This document shows positions 34,401 through 47,760 of a stretch of 64,000 bases of DNA, piece after piece. The notes under the pieces are model-generated. The model saw nothing but the letters and a program-made list of their open reading frames with translations, ran no database searches and had not been told where the DNA came from. Source of the stretch: Octopus bimaculoides (Eukaryota); NCBI RefSeq assembly GCF_001194135.2, contig NC_068984.1, positions 144,641,118-144,705,117 on the forward strand. The letters are read 5' to 3'. The translations under genes were made by a program, and so were the position numbers. Positions within the stretch are counted from its first letter, which is position 1. Every line of letters starts with the position of its first letter.

Positions 34401-34889
34401 AGTGCAATAGTAAACCTTGGTCTATTGGAGGGTCAGATAAGGCGTTTATAATCAAGTAACTCACATACACGCACCTCCTTCAATTCCCCTCTCTCCAGAA
34501 GCATAGGGATGAAGTGTGTGGGGGGATTGGTTGGAGGATAGAAGACATTTAAAAGAGTGCCACTAAAGATTAAAGGATTTTCTTTTTATGAGGGAGACTT
34601 TGTGAGGCATGGATATATGATAATGCGTAGGTGTGGAACCAGGACAACACAGAATGAGGGGTTAACAATAGGAAGACTACAACAAAGGAAAGGAGGATTT
34701 AGTGAGTGATACTATATAAGGGAAATTGGATAGGCTGGGAGTGGGGTGACGAAGAAGAGGAGGGCATGGAGAGTGTGCAGACAGGCAGATGAGGGGGCCT
34801 GCAGCAGGGGTTGGGAAGATGAGGCAGTTTTGACCGAGGTCAGGTAATGTGTGTGTTTGTGTGAAGGGTGAGGCATGGCCACAGTGCCT

Positions 34890-35100
34890 TGTGAAAAGCA
34901 CCTGTGCCAGTGCCACGTAAAAAGCATCTGGTACACCCTGTAAAATGGCTGGCATTAAGGAAGGGCATCCAGCCATAGAGACCATACCAAAGCTGACAAT
35001 TGGAACCTGGTGCAACACTCTGCTTGCTGGTTCCTGTCAAACCATTTGCCCCATGCCAGCAGGGAAAAAAATGGACATTAAACAATTATGATGGTGATGA
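34890..35100 (+). mobile_element. RTE 3'UTR-derived repeat (degenerate)
   Basis: Core ggaagggcatccagc...cccatgccagc. Confidence 0.75.
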
Positions 35101-36476
35101 GGGTAGATAAAGGATTTAGTGTGGACATGTGGAGTGATTGGATAAAACATCAGTAAGTTTAGGCTGGATTGTATGAGAGTTGGGGGCAGAAGCTCAAAGA
35201 AAATCTCAGTTGTACCAAGCCATATTTCTCTCCCTAACTCAACAAAACATTCAAAAAAAAAAAAAAAAAANNNNNNNNNNNNNNNNNNNNNNNNNNNNNN
35301 NNNNNNNNNNNNNNNNNNNNNNNNNNNNNNNNNNNNNNNNNNNNNNNNNNNNNNNNNNNNNNNNNNNNNNNNNNNNNNNNNNNNNNNNNNNNNNNNNNNN
35401 NNNNNNNNNNNNNNNNNNNNNNNNNNNNNNNNNNNNNNNNNNNNNNNNNNNNNNNNNNNNNNNNAAAAAAAAAAAAAAAAATTAAAATTTATTTTATTAT
35501 AAATTTATAAATGATACTTCCATCTTTCAGAATTTTACTGGTAGATTTATATTTCTTTGTGTTTATTGCAATAATTTTGTTGCTTATTCTAGGTTTGTTT
35601 TTCTTTTGCATTCATTCTTTATATTTTATTAATTTTTTTTGTTTGTTTATTTTTTTAAAAAATTTTGTTTTGTTTTCAAGAAATTTCTTCTGAAACTTCT
35701 GCTATCAAGAATATGTACAATGGTTTGGAGGTAGTTACTGCATTTTGGTAGAGGGGGGGGGGGCTATCACATTCAAGAAAATGAACCAGTTTGTTGTTGA
35801 TAGTAACAGATGACATCAGAGGTCAGTTGTCAAAAACCAACAAAGGTCAGATTAGAAGCAAAATAGATTTATTTATTTATTTACAAAATTGATACAACAA
35901 ATATATGTATCCAAGTGTGTGTTTATATAAAATTATGTGTTCAAGTGTATGTGCTATGTACAAATATATGGGTGTAAATATATATATATATACATATATA
36001 TCTGTCATTATATTTCTGTGTGTATAATGAAAAGTGTGTGTGTGTACAATGCAATATATATTTTAAATTTTATTCAGTTTTTATAGCTTTATTTTTTTCC
36101 ACTGCAGTCACAAAAGGACTTATTTTATCAATATCTCTCCTCCTTGCTATAAATGGACAGATCTTCATGACATATTTCACAAAGTATTTTTTACAATGAA
36201 AAGACTTATCAGCAATTCCTTGCCAATATCCACACTTGTGTGTGTGTGTGTGTGTGTACATGTATAGACACACACACACATACACACGTTTATATGGCTT
36301 ATGCTTATATCACATTAAAACCATTGGTTTCCATTCAATCCTTGATACTGGACATAGTATTTTGCAGGAGAAACTATTTTAAAATTTGGATGCCCTCTTT
36401 GGCTCTTTGGGAACAAATTATATTTTGTTAGACTAATGATTATGGATTTTATGTTTACATACATATATATATATAT

Positions 36477-36615
36477 ATTATAGGAAAAATAAAAAACGAA
36501 GGCAGAACGAGTATCTCAAGTCATTTAGAATAATTTCATTAGGGTAAGGTGAATTAGATTATTCTAAATGACTTGAGATACTTGTTCTGCCTTGGTTTTT
36601 GATTTTTCCTCTAAT
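36477..36615. repeat. Foldback inverted repeat (about 58-bp arms)
   Basis: gaaggcagaacgagtatctcaagtcatttagaataat / attattctaaatgacttgagatacttgttctgcctt. Confidence 0.85.
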
Positions 36616-36766
36616 ATGATATATAATTACTATAACGAAATCCTTATATGGATCCCGAGATCCAGCTTTGGCTGTGATCTTGGAACCTAATGGTTGACCA
36701 ACTATAGCACTTATTCAGCGTACCTATTCGTTTAGATCACAACTGAACTAAACTGCTCATATTCTT

Positions 36767-36812
<46 letters not shown>

Positions 36813-37199
36813 TACACCTATATATACATACATTCATACACACAGACATTTCTTAATCCCAGATGTTTTCAAAAGTACAGATGACATGACACAAGGACAA
36901 GAGGGAATGTCAGCACCAATGCTACTTCACTCAAGTAGGGACAAGTGTGCGATATAAAACTGTATACACACACACACACACACACATACAACAGACTCCC
37001 TGCAGTTTCTGGACACCAAATTCCATCTCATGATCTGTGGCTATAGTAGAAGGCACTCCCCTAAGGTGTCTTGTAGTGAGACTGAAACACAAAACCATAT
37101 GATTGCAAAGAGAATTTTTGAAGCAAACGACCATGTCCGCACCTACTATGTTTGTGTATGTGTGTATGTATATATATAAGTGCATGTATGCATGTATCT

Positions 37200-37570
37200 T
37201 TTCTTCTTTTACACTGTGGCCATGCTGGGGCACTGTTTTGAAGAAAGATTTAGTCAAATAAATTGACCCCAGTAATTGTTTTCTTCTTTAAGCTTTGTAT
37301 TTATTCTATCAGTCTCTTTTGTCGAGTTGTTAAGTTATGGGGATGTAAACACACCAACACCGGTTGTCAAGCAGTGGTGGAGGACAAACACAGACACACA
37401 CATATTATATATATATATAAACATGATGGTCTTCTTTCAGCTTCTGCGTACCAAATCCACTCACAAAGCATAAGTCAGCCTGGAGCTACAGTAAAAGACA
37501 CTTGCCCAAGGTGTCACACACTGGGGCTGAACCTGGAACCATGTGGTTTGAAAGCAAGCTTCTTACACAA
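37200..37570 (-). mobile_element. tRNA-derived SINE (gacacttgcccaagg core)
   Basis: Shared core also at about 17750-17870, 40790-41095, 58060-58365 and 63300-63440. Confidence 0.75.
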
Positions 37571-38815
37571 TCATATATATATATATGGTCATTAAAATCC
37601 AGGAGAGGTGAGAAGCAAAGTAAGATTTAATTCTATATGGTTACAGCTGTTTCATAATTCATTTTTGGTTATATCATTGACTCTTATGCATACATACAAT
37701 AATATAACACAAGAGAGGACTAACCATCTGGCTATTCTTTGGACATCTCAGATTCCTCTCTTATGAGTAAAAGACTATGGTCAGAGGGTTTTCTCCGCAT
37801 CAGACACAAAAATACTCAATATACACCACAGAGATTTTCATAGAACATAGCATATTTTTATGTGTCTCCAGTTACTTCCTTGCCATGGTTTCATGCCAAG
37901 AATTAAACTGAATTGATTTTTCCAATGGAATTTCTTTGTAATTGGAGAAGCCACAACTGCAAAAGTCTGCTGAAGACTGATGCAACCAAATTCTTGGAGA
38001 ATAGCATGAAGGTGTTGTAGGGAAATACCAGCTAACACCTTGTCTTAACACCTCACCTTTAGCTCAACATATGTCCTTATCACTTTGTTTTTACTTTCAC
38101 TCTCAAAGTCATGGGGGATTTTCAAATTAGAAGAGGACTTCATTGACACTGATGCCTAGAAAAAATGCACTTAGCACACCTTGTAAATAGGTTAGTATAA
38201 GAAGGAATATTTAGTTGCAGAAACCAAACTGGAACCTCTGAGTGAGATGTGTTTTTTCAATTGGTCAGTGAGGGTCAGAACTCTGAATGAGAATTGATTT
38301 GACTAGGACTGTCCATTCAGCCATGCCAGCATAGCTGAATGGACATAAAACGGATAATGACATATACATAGTCATCACAATCCACACACACAGATATATA
38401 TTGCTAAGTTAAGGGACATAAACAAATACTATATACACTAACGCACACACACACATATATATACACACAGAGAAACAAATAAGGAGTGGATTATGTCTGA
38501 ATGGTTAAGAAGTTTGATCCCTTTGTGGCTCATCTTGAATAAAAGGTTTCTACAGTCATGGGTCACTCCTTACCTTGTAAGTGAAATGGGGTAAATGGAA
38601 ACTGTATGGAAGCCTGTCGAGTGGATTGTACTTATGATCCCAAAGTACTGTCTCAAACTGATTCTGCCAGAGAATTTCATTAAGGGTACACGTGTCTGTG
38701 GAATACTCAGCCACTTACACATTAATTCAAGAGCAGATAATTCAGTTGATCGCAAACAACTTTAATCTCGTCCTTATAGTGAAATCGCCCTCAGTATGTT
38801 TTAGATGCATGTGTG

Positions 38816-38863
<48 letters not shown>

Positions 38864-39092
38864 TTAATATATATACATGGATGTATTGGTGTGGAAGATT
38901 AAACTTAATAAATACAAAAAAACAAAAACAAGAGGAAGAGGTGGAGGAGGAAGAAGTATGATGGGAATTATGTTTCATTTTATTGTGAAAATGAAACAGA
39001 GATTTCATTGTGAAACTAAACAATGTTTCATTGTCAGACTAAAAACAGAAAGAAAGTTTAATAACTTTAACTTCCATAACAAACGCAGATAA

Positions 39093-39306
39093 AAATCCTT
39101 TCTACTAAAGGCACAAGGCCTAAAATTTTGCGGGAGGGGACTAGGTGATTATATTAACCCCAGTATTTCACTGGTACTTAATTTACTGACTCCGAAAGGA
39201 TGAAAGGCAAAGTCGACTTTGGCAGAATTTGAACTCAGAACGTAGATGGGCAAAATACTGCTGAGCATTTTACCCGGTGTGGTAATGATTCTACCAGCTT
39301 GCTGTC

Positions 39307-39342
<36 letters not shown>

Positions 39343-39589
39343 GCAGCAACAGAAAATTGCCATTTCTAAGACAAGTGCAAGGCTACACATTCTGGAGAGA
39401 GAGGAGAATTGAAGGAGGTGTGTGTGTGTGTATGAGTTACTTGGTTATAAACATCTCTGTCCTTTAACTGGTACTTTATTTTATTGTCCCTGGAACAATG
39501 AAAATTAGAGAACAGGGTGATGATACAAAGAAGATTGAGACAGTTTTATTGCTCACTATTTAAATGCCTAATATTCTCTACCCTAATAG

Positions 39590-39656
<67 letters not shown>

Positions 39657-40400
39657 CATCCTTTCTACTATAGGCACAAAGCCTGAAATTTTGGAAGGAA
39701 GGGGATAGTTCTTGTGCTTGACCAATACTTTATTGATTCATGAAAGGAAGAAATGCAAAGTCAACTTTGGCAGAATTTGAACTCAGAATGCAAAAACTAA
39801 AGAAATCCTGCTAAGCATTTTGTCCGATGAAGAAACAAGTCTAGCAGCTTGTCGCTTTAATTTTGGCATAAAGCTAACAAATTTGAGGGGAGGGGCAAAT
39901 CGATTACATTGGATCTTACTCTTGACTGATATTTTTATATCATTAACCTCAAAAGGATGACAGGCAAAGTTGCCATCAACAGAATCTGAACTCAGAACAT
40001 AAAATAAATGGATGAAATCACGCTAAGCATTTTGTCTACCATGTTGATGATTCTATCCATCTCTCACCCAAATAATAATATTCCTTTCTCCTAAAGGCAC
40101 AAGGCCTGAAATTTTGGGGTAGGAGGTAAGTCGATTACATTGACCCCCATTGTTTAACTGGTACTTATTTTACCAACCCCGAAAGGATGAAAGGCAAAGT
40201 TGACCTCGGTGGAATATGAACTCAGAATGTCAGGACAGATGAAATACCATTAAGCAGTTTGCCTGGCGTGCTAACAACTCTGCCAGCTCACCACCTTAAT
40301 AATAATAATAATAATAACGGTTTCAAATTTTGGCAAAAGGTTAGTGCTTTGGGGGAGGGGGTAAGTTAATTACATTGACCCCCAGTTTTCAACTTCTACT
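39093..40400 (-). mobile_element. Chain of five (ATT)n-tailed SINE copies separated by (AAT)n
   Basis: Copies at about 39093-39308, 39657-39855, 39856-40070, 40081-40298 and 40318-40400, all in the same orientation. Confidence 0.85.
39590..39655. repeat. (AAT)n microsatellite
   Basis: Direct reading. Confidence 0.95.
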
Positions 40401-40681
40401 TATTTTATTGACCCCGGACCTAAAACCACATTATTGTGAAGCAAACTTCTTAACCAAATGACCATGCTTGTGCAGTGTTTGTGTAGCGTCTTTGGTGGAA
40501 ATACAAAAAGAAAAAAAATGCGTTGGACGTTGTTTAGGGCCCCATGGCAGAGTTTTGAGTAATTGAAAAGGTAACTTGGAAGGGTTAACAAAGGAACAAT
40601 TTTTAAAAATCAGTAAATAATTGCAAAAATGAAAGAAATTAATAAAAAATGATTTTAATAACATTTAAATAAGTCATGCTT

Positions 40682-40717
<36 letters not shown>

Positions 40718-42331
40718 ACATTGAACACACAATCAAACCCTCTCTCTTTCCTCTCTCAAGCATACACGTAAATACACCCTGAAAACTTTGCTGTCATCTC
40801 TCTTACTCATTTCAGTCACTGGACTGTGGCCATGCTGGTGCATTGCTCCAAAAGGTTTTAGTCAAACAAATCAAACATAATATTTTCTTTTAGTCTGATA
40901 CTTATTTTATCAGTGACTGTTTTGCCAAACTGCTAAGTTATAGGGATGTAAAGAAACCCAACACGACAGGCTTCCACTCATGATGCATTGGTTGGCCCAG
41001 TGCTATAGTAGAAAACATTTGCCAGAGGTGCTGCACAGTGGGACTGAACTCAAAACTGCATGGTTGTAAAGCACACTCCTTAACCACACATCCACACCTG
41101 CTACACACATAAAATTAACATTTCCTATGAAAACAGGACAAAATCATTTCGTTTTGAGGAACTGATAAAAAAAAAAATTAATTAGAAAATAAATATCACC
41201 ATCATCATTGTGATGGTGGTTATTTTTTCTTCTCAACCTTCTCCTCCTCCTCCTCCTCACCATCATCACCAGTCAAAGAGGTATTTGTTACATTAGTTTA
41301 TATATGTGTATGTGTGTGTATCAGGAAGTATGAATGAGTGTAAGTAATTTCAGATGTGTGTGTATGTATATGTATATATGTGTGTGTGCTGTTGCATGTA
41401 TGTATATGTAAATATGTGCCTGATATATATATGTGCGTGTGTGTGTGTTGTGTAGTGTGTGTTGTGTTGTGTGTGTGTGTGTGTTGTGGTGTGTGTGTAG
41501 ACAATGGTACTTCTGATATACACAAGAGAAAATAAAAATATTTGTACGATATATATTTTTACATTTTTTTAAGATAATCATTTATATTAAATATTTTACC
41601 AATATTAAATATTATTTTATACATTCAATAATTTTTTTAAAAATTTCTGCTTTTCATTACTTTTTTTTTTTTTACAAAAGTCTTTTTTTTTTTAATTAAA
41701 TTCAGTTTTCTTTTTTTTTTTTGCAAGTGCCCCATTTGATGTCTTTAATCAAGACATCAATGTTTTGTTTTGGAAGAAAAAAAATTAAATAAAAAAAATA
41801 AAATAGAAATTTAATTAACAATAACTTTTAAGTTTAAAAACTTAAGAAATATCACATTTTAGTTTGTTTTGTAGTCTGTGTTGAAGGAGGTGGAATATAA
41901 TTTGGTAATGGAGTAGCGACTGACTCAGGGTTTACAAAAATAAATGACTGAAATTCTTAGATTTTGGGTTAGTTTGTTACCCAAGTTTACGTGGATTGGG
42001 GATGGTTTCTACAAAATTCTTCCATCCTAAATTACCACTAATAATAATTGTGCTGTTTTATACAAAAGAAAATGCATTATAAGCTAGCAAACTGAAAGGC
42101 AAAATTAAGAAACTTATGTCCAATAATGTTGCCTTTTTATTTGAATAATTTAAAATTGAGATTTAAAAAGAAAAAAAATTATTTGTTGCTCTCTTAGCAA
42201 TTGTTATTAATTTTTAAAACTTACTGCAAATTATAATTTATTTGATATTTGAAAATAACATTAAAGTTTAAAAAAGAAATTAGCTATGAAATTTTTTAAA
42301 AACTTTCTTTTGTTGGGTGGGGTGTTCTGAA

Positions 42332-42770
42332 TCAAGCAATCTGGTTGCAATTGCTGATGCAAGCAATCTGGTTGCAATTGCTGATGCAAGCAATCTGGTA
42401 CCAATTGCAGATGCAAGCAATCTGCTAGCAATTGCTGATGCAAGCAATCTGGTAGCAATTGCAGATGCAAGCAATCTGGTAGCAATTGCTGATGCAAGCA
42501 ATCTGCTAGCAATTGCTGATGTAAGCAATCTGCTAGCAATTGCTGATGCAAGCAATCTGCTAGCAATTGCTGATGCAAGCAATCTGCTAGCAATTGATGA
42601 TGCAAGCAATCTGCTAGCATTTGCTGATGTAATCAATCTGCTAGCAATTGCAGATGCAAGCAATCTATCTAGTAGTTGCCTCAAATTTAATTCAAGTAAT
42701 CTACTTGCGATCCTAGACTCAACCAATCAGCTGGCAATCTCAGATACACAAGCAAGGACTCTGCTTGTAT
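42332..42770. repeat. 27-bp tandem repeat (12 near-perfect + 3-4 degenerate units)
   Basis: GCAAGCAATCTGCTAGCAATTGCTGAT; translates as ASNLLAIAD (+) or ASAIASRLL (-). Confidence 0.95.
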
Positions 42771-43983
42771 CTGTAATTATTAAAACTTAATAAAATGCTG
42801 GGAACTGCCATTCTTTGAAGAATTCCGTCTCATCAGGATCTTTATTTAAAACATCAAAAAACAGAAAGAATTCTCAGCTGAACAAGAAGTCTTCTGAGAG
42901 AACTGTGGAAGCCCTAGTAACACTGGTTACCAATGCTAAAAGGCTGCAGGCCAGGGATTATATTAAACAGAATAGGGAATTGAAATTCTTCTTTTTCTTG
43001 TGATTCTATTAAAAAAATTCTACTTCAAAGTCTGAAAGTCTGTCAGTGACCAACACCTAAAGGATGTTTCTGATGCAGCCTTAGTCTTTTGGGATATGCT
43101 TTGTTCTTTAAGAGACAAAAAGAAAAATATGTGGGAAAATAAGGAGTGAATTTTAGGGGTCTGTTTCCATTACAGATAGAAGAGGTGGTGTGGGTAACCT
43201 ACCCATGGAACTACCTTGATCCACAGAGAATTAAGCTTCACTGGGAAGTTTGATAGTCTAGAATATAATTGCTGAAGCCTGTACAAGAATTTAGAGACTT
43301 CTTTATATTAATTGGAGATTATTTTCAAAATAACTCAAGGATTGGCTTCATCGGAATTAAAAGGGTCTATTATGATTCAGTTCAACTCTGGAGATTGAAA
43401 AAAAAAATAATAAATACAAAAAAAAATTTTAAATATCCAAGTCTTTTTTTTTTTTTTGAAGATACAATGATTACTTCAAGAGTTCGTTATGAAATGCCAG
43501 TCAAATTCTTATGACAGATCTTCCAAAATTTCCAGTGTCTGTGATTTTGAATAACAAGATCTGTGCTATTCAACTATATCCGTCTTCTTTTGACACCATT
43601 TTATGAAAACGAAAATTAAAGCTTTTTTTGTTTTGTTGAAATGTTATTGTTTTGTTAAAAAAAAAAATGAAAAATAATTATTTTGCAATGAATAAATATT
43701 GTATAAAAGAATATGAAACGTGTTGAGGAAATAAATAGAATTTCACAAAATTTGGTTTACACAGGTTTTAGATTTTTTCCATTCCTTTTTCAAGTATATA
43801 AAATCTTTACATACGTATGCATGTATATATATATATATATATACACATATATATATATATATGTAACAAAGTACAGATACATACATACTTTGTATGTATG
43901 TATACATATAAAGGCACAAAACTTTAAAGTTCACTTCATTCATAATAACTCTGAGTATTTGTAATAGTAAACTTTTGTAAAAC

Positions 43984-44454
43984 TTATTGTTCCAAATGCG
44001 TAGGAAGCAATGCAGGGTATTTGAAATTCTGAACAGGGAAATACATTGGCTGGTTACAGTACATATGTTTGTTATAAGGCTGGTTGAAGCTGCTGGTACA
44101 AAACTCCGGTGTACATGGAATGGGTGACATAAGGCAGTTAGAGCTGGCAAATGTTACAGGTGGATACTGCATTTCGTGGTAGTTCTCTGTTTTAATATAA
44201 TTAACCTCTTCGTGGGGCATTACCATTTGGGAAATCTGAAACTCTTCAGGTATAGACACAGTGTGGTTTAGGGGAGGTATATTCTTATTTGGTGGCCCCG
44301 AAACACAAGGCACAGTCTTTGGAGTCTGTAAGTTACTGTTGACAGGTGTGTATTCTGAAGTATTTGACTTTGACGTTGAAGATTGAGCGAGGAACATATC
44401 TTGGAGACCTGCAGGAATGTGGCCATTGTCCATTTGAGTACACCACTGTCTGAG
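43984..44454 (-). CDS. CREBL2: CREBL2 proximal terminal exon 3a (156 aa + stop)
   Basis: ctttatttttag|CTC AGA CAG TGG TGT; phase 0. LRQWCTQMDNGHIPAGLQDMFL aligns with vertebrate YKQWCMAMDQGKIPSEIKALL, and the frame stays open to TAA at 43984. The intron to the bZIP exon is 12207 nt. Confidence 0.9.
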   Translation of the reverse strand, partial: LRQWCTQMDNGHIPAGLQDMFLAQSSTSKSNTSEYTPVNSNLQTPKTVPCVSGPPNKNIPPLNHTVSIPEEFQISQMVMPHEEVNYIKTENYHEMQYPPVTFASSNCLMSPIPCTPEFCTSSFNQPYNKHMYCNQPMYFPVQNFKYPALLPTHLEQ

Positions 44455-45816
44455 CTAAAAATAAAGAATGACATTTCACAACACTTTGTAGCAGTGACAA
44501 ACTTCCATTGCTGGTGAACTCCCTGCAGATATATCAATGTATGTGTGCATGACTAAAATGTCTTTTAAGAACATGTCTGATATCTTTGAGCAGGGAATTT
44601 ATACATACATCTAATGTGTACAAGTATGTACACAAATACTTATGTGTACAGAATAGCTTCATGCACTCACATACATAGACACAGACGTACCTCGAGTTGG
44701 AAAGTAAGTCAAATGTTTTTTATTGTCATGGATTTGATGAAATGAGATAAAAGTGGCAATATTCCATTGTCAAGTGAATAAATGAAAGAAAGAGAGAAAG
44801 AGGGAAGGAGAGAAAGAAGGAGAGAGAAAGTAAGGAAGAAGGAAAGAAAGTTGTTTATTATCAGAACAATAAATTCTTGTAGGATTGTAATCTGTTTGAA
44901 AGATTTTTTGTTTTTTTTAACGGATTTCCTTTTAGCATGCCAAGAATTAAATATAGACAAGAAGAAGAGAAGAAAATGCATCATGAGGCAGAGCTTTATT
45001 TCATTCTTGCTGCTAACGTAGCTATTTCATTGACTAGAGACAGACATATTTAAGAGTACTGGTTTAATAGCCTAAGAGCTGTGCCAAGAATAAAAACATG
45101 ATAACATAAATATAATAACAAGTTGTGATGTTACAGTGACCCAGACAAATTGTTAACTTTCTTTCAGGCCATCAATTTTGTAGTTTTTAAGCTGACAAAT
45201 TAGTCTGGACCAAACATGGCTGTGCTTGTCAATTAGCTGTACACTGTTACTGGAAGCTAGCTGAAGCAATTCTACAAAACTTTGAGACGAAATATGAAAA
45301 AATTCCAAAAATAATAAAATATTTTCAAAGTATTTTATAAAAAAACTTTTTGATATAATTTTGATATTTAATAGAAAAAAAAAATCAATATTTGTGGATG
45401 TTGGAAGTAAATTGCTGTGAAATTGTTGAAAATATAACAGCAAAAAAAAAAAAAATCATATAAATTATAAATTCTTGGATGAAATATGGAAAATTTTGCA
45501 AAATATTTTTAACATGATGTAAATAAAACAAATTAAGTGTTTTCTTAAGTGTGTTTTGTGATAAACTAAGACATTTGTTTGAACAATTGAAATCTCTGCA
45601 GAGTTCACATTAACAACAAATATATGATATTACAATATTAATTACAGAATGAAAAAATATAATTAATTAGAACAATCATCAAAATATTTATTTATAAAAT
45701 GTGAACAACTAAAAAAAAATTTACAATTTGTTAAATACAAAAAACTTTGAATTTATTATTATAATTATAATAATTTTAATTATTAACATTATAATAATGT
45801 TTATTGTCATCAACAT

Positions 45817-45861
<45 letters not shown>

Positions 45862-46883
45862 TATTATTACAGAGGTAGGTACCATGATGCAGAAGTTCTC
45901 GACGAACCCAACCTGTGGTGAAAGTTGCAAATTTCTCCAGTTCGTAGTGTTCCAAGTTATTTAAAATGCCATCAAGAAAGGTCTGAACATCACAACATCT
46001 TATCCCCACCTCCTTCATACTTACCTAAAAATTTCCGGCTTAGTTCTTACATAAAAACAAATCTGTTACAAATATTTATATTATTAAAAAAAAAAAAAAA
46101 AAAGACAGGGGGATTGTCAGAAATGGCAGAGTGTTGACCAAAATGTTATTTAGATCCCAAGTTTAAATCCAGCCAGAGTTGGTTTTACCTTTCATGCCTT
46201 CTGGTGTTGATTTAATCAACTATAGTCCCTCACCAAAATGTGTGACCTTGTGCTGAATGTTTGAAATCAATAACAACAGCTGCACGGGATGGCAGGTACA
46301 ATTTCTCTAATCAAATAGTGTTTATTATGGCATTAACCAATTTCACAGGTATTTACTGTTAACTGCAATGGGGTTTGAATTGAGAACAGGAATAGTCATT
46401 AACATTGGCATATAACTGAATACTGATGTCTAATATTCACACAAGACCACACGATATAAATTATTATATTGATCTCTAGAATTGGTTGGATACTTCATTC
46501 TATCAACCCTTGGAAGAAAGATTGTTGAACTCAGTAAAGTTGAACTCAGAACAAACAGGGGTGTATTTAAATATCAATTTCTAACATAAATACAAAGCCT
46601 CAAATTTCTCTGGGAAGTACCAACCCTAGTAGTTGACTGGTATTTTATTTTATCAATTTTGAAAGGTCGAAAGGTAAAGTTAATTTCTGAGGTATTTGGA
46701 CTCCCATAGTCAAAGGAGGTAACTCTCTATTACACTGCTAAATCTGACAATCCTAATTAACATCAATGGCATTAATGATTAATTACTAAAAAAAGAGCAA
46801 ACATCATAAAGCAAAGAGATAAAACCATGTATGGGATGATCAGGTTTGTGTTTAAGAGGTTGGGCTTAATGCATGGCTTCAGA

Positions 46884-47080
46884 CAGGGGTCCCCAAACAT
46901 TTTAGACCATCGACCTGCTTCATGGAATCTTTGACCCCTCATCGACTTCCAGGCATGTACAAGAAAATAAATAAATAATAATAATAATAATTAAGTAGAT
47001 GTGCATTTATTAACCCCTTGAATAGTCACATCGACCCCCCTCCCCCCAGGGGTCGATATCGACCACTTTGGAGATCCTTG
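46884..47080. mobile_element. hAT (Charlie-like) MITE
   Basis: CAGGGGTCCCCAAAC / CTTTGGAGATCCTTG termini; 8-bp flanks gcttcaga/gcttaaga. Confidence 0.75.
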
Positions 47081-47534
47081 GCTTAAGACATTCTCTTTTC
47101 CCACGTTCTAATAACCTTGAGAAAGGCATGAATATCACACAATCATGTCTCCTCCCCACCACCACCACCACCACCATCATCAGAAGAAGCAAGAAATTCT
47201 GAAACTGATACAATAAAGAAGAAATAAGAAAATAACTCCAAGAGTGTCTTTTTTTACATCATTTACTTTAATATTTTACCATGTCCCCTCCCACTCCTAA
47301 TCCACTGTCCATAACCTCTCCTGCTCTGTGAGGGTTTGCTCTGGCAGCCCACCATTAATATCTACTTTTTTCCCAGCTAATTCCCACCCACCCATATAGA
47401 ATTTCCAGGCCAATTTTCTACAGCCAAATACTTGTGCTTGTTCTTTCTATAAAGTCACCTTGTCCCCTTTTCAAATACTCCCCCCACCACTTAGTGGAAG
47501 GAGCTCCCCCCCTCTTTTTTTCCCCTCTTCCTTT

Positions 47535-47760
47535 TCCTGTTTTGCAAATTACTTGGTCACCACCTCATCAGTGCTGGTGGCAAGAAAAAGGTATTCAGTC
47601 CACTCTGTAAAGTGGTTGGCATTAGGAAGGGCATCCAGCTGCAGAAATGATGCCAAAACAGACAATTGGAGCACAACACAGCTCTGTTTTTCTTGCTGGA
47701 TCTTGTCAAAACGTCCAACCATATGGTCATGGTAAATGGACGTTGGAGGAGGAAGAAGAG
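47535..47760 (+). mobile_element. RTE 3'UTR-derived repeat
   Basis: Core gtggttggcattaggaagggcatccagctg. Confidence 0.8.

Noticed and set aside
36108-36200. Plus-strand acceptor followed by a hydrophobic frame (TKGLILSISLLLAING...)
   Set aside because: No partner exons or recognisable family.
44709-44790. A third LDNG motif (SLDNGILPLL) near exon 3a
   Set aside because: There is no acceptor AG and no upstream Cys motif; it is coincidental in a CT-rich tract.
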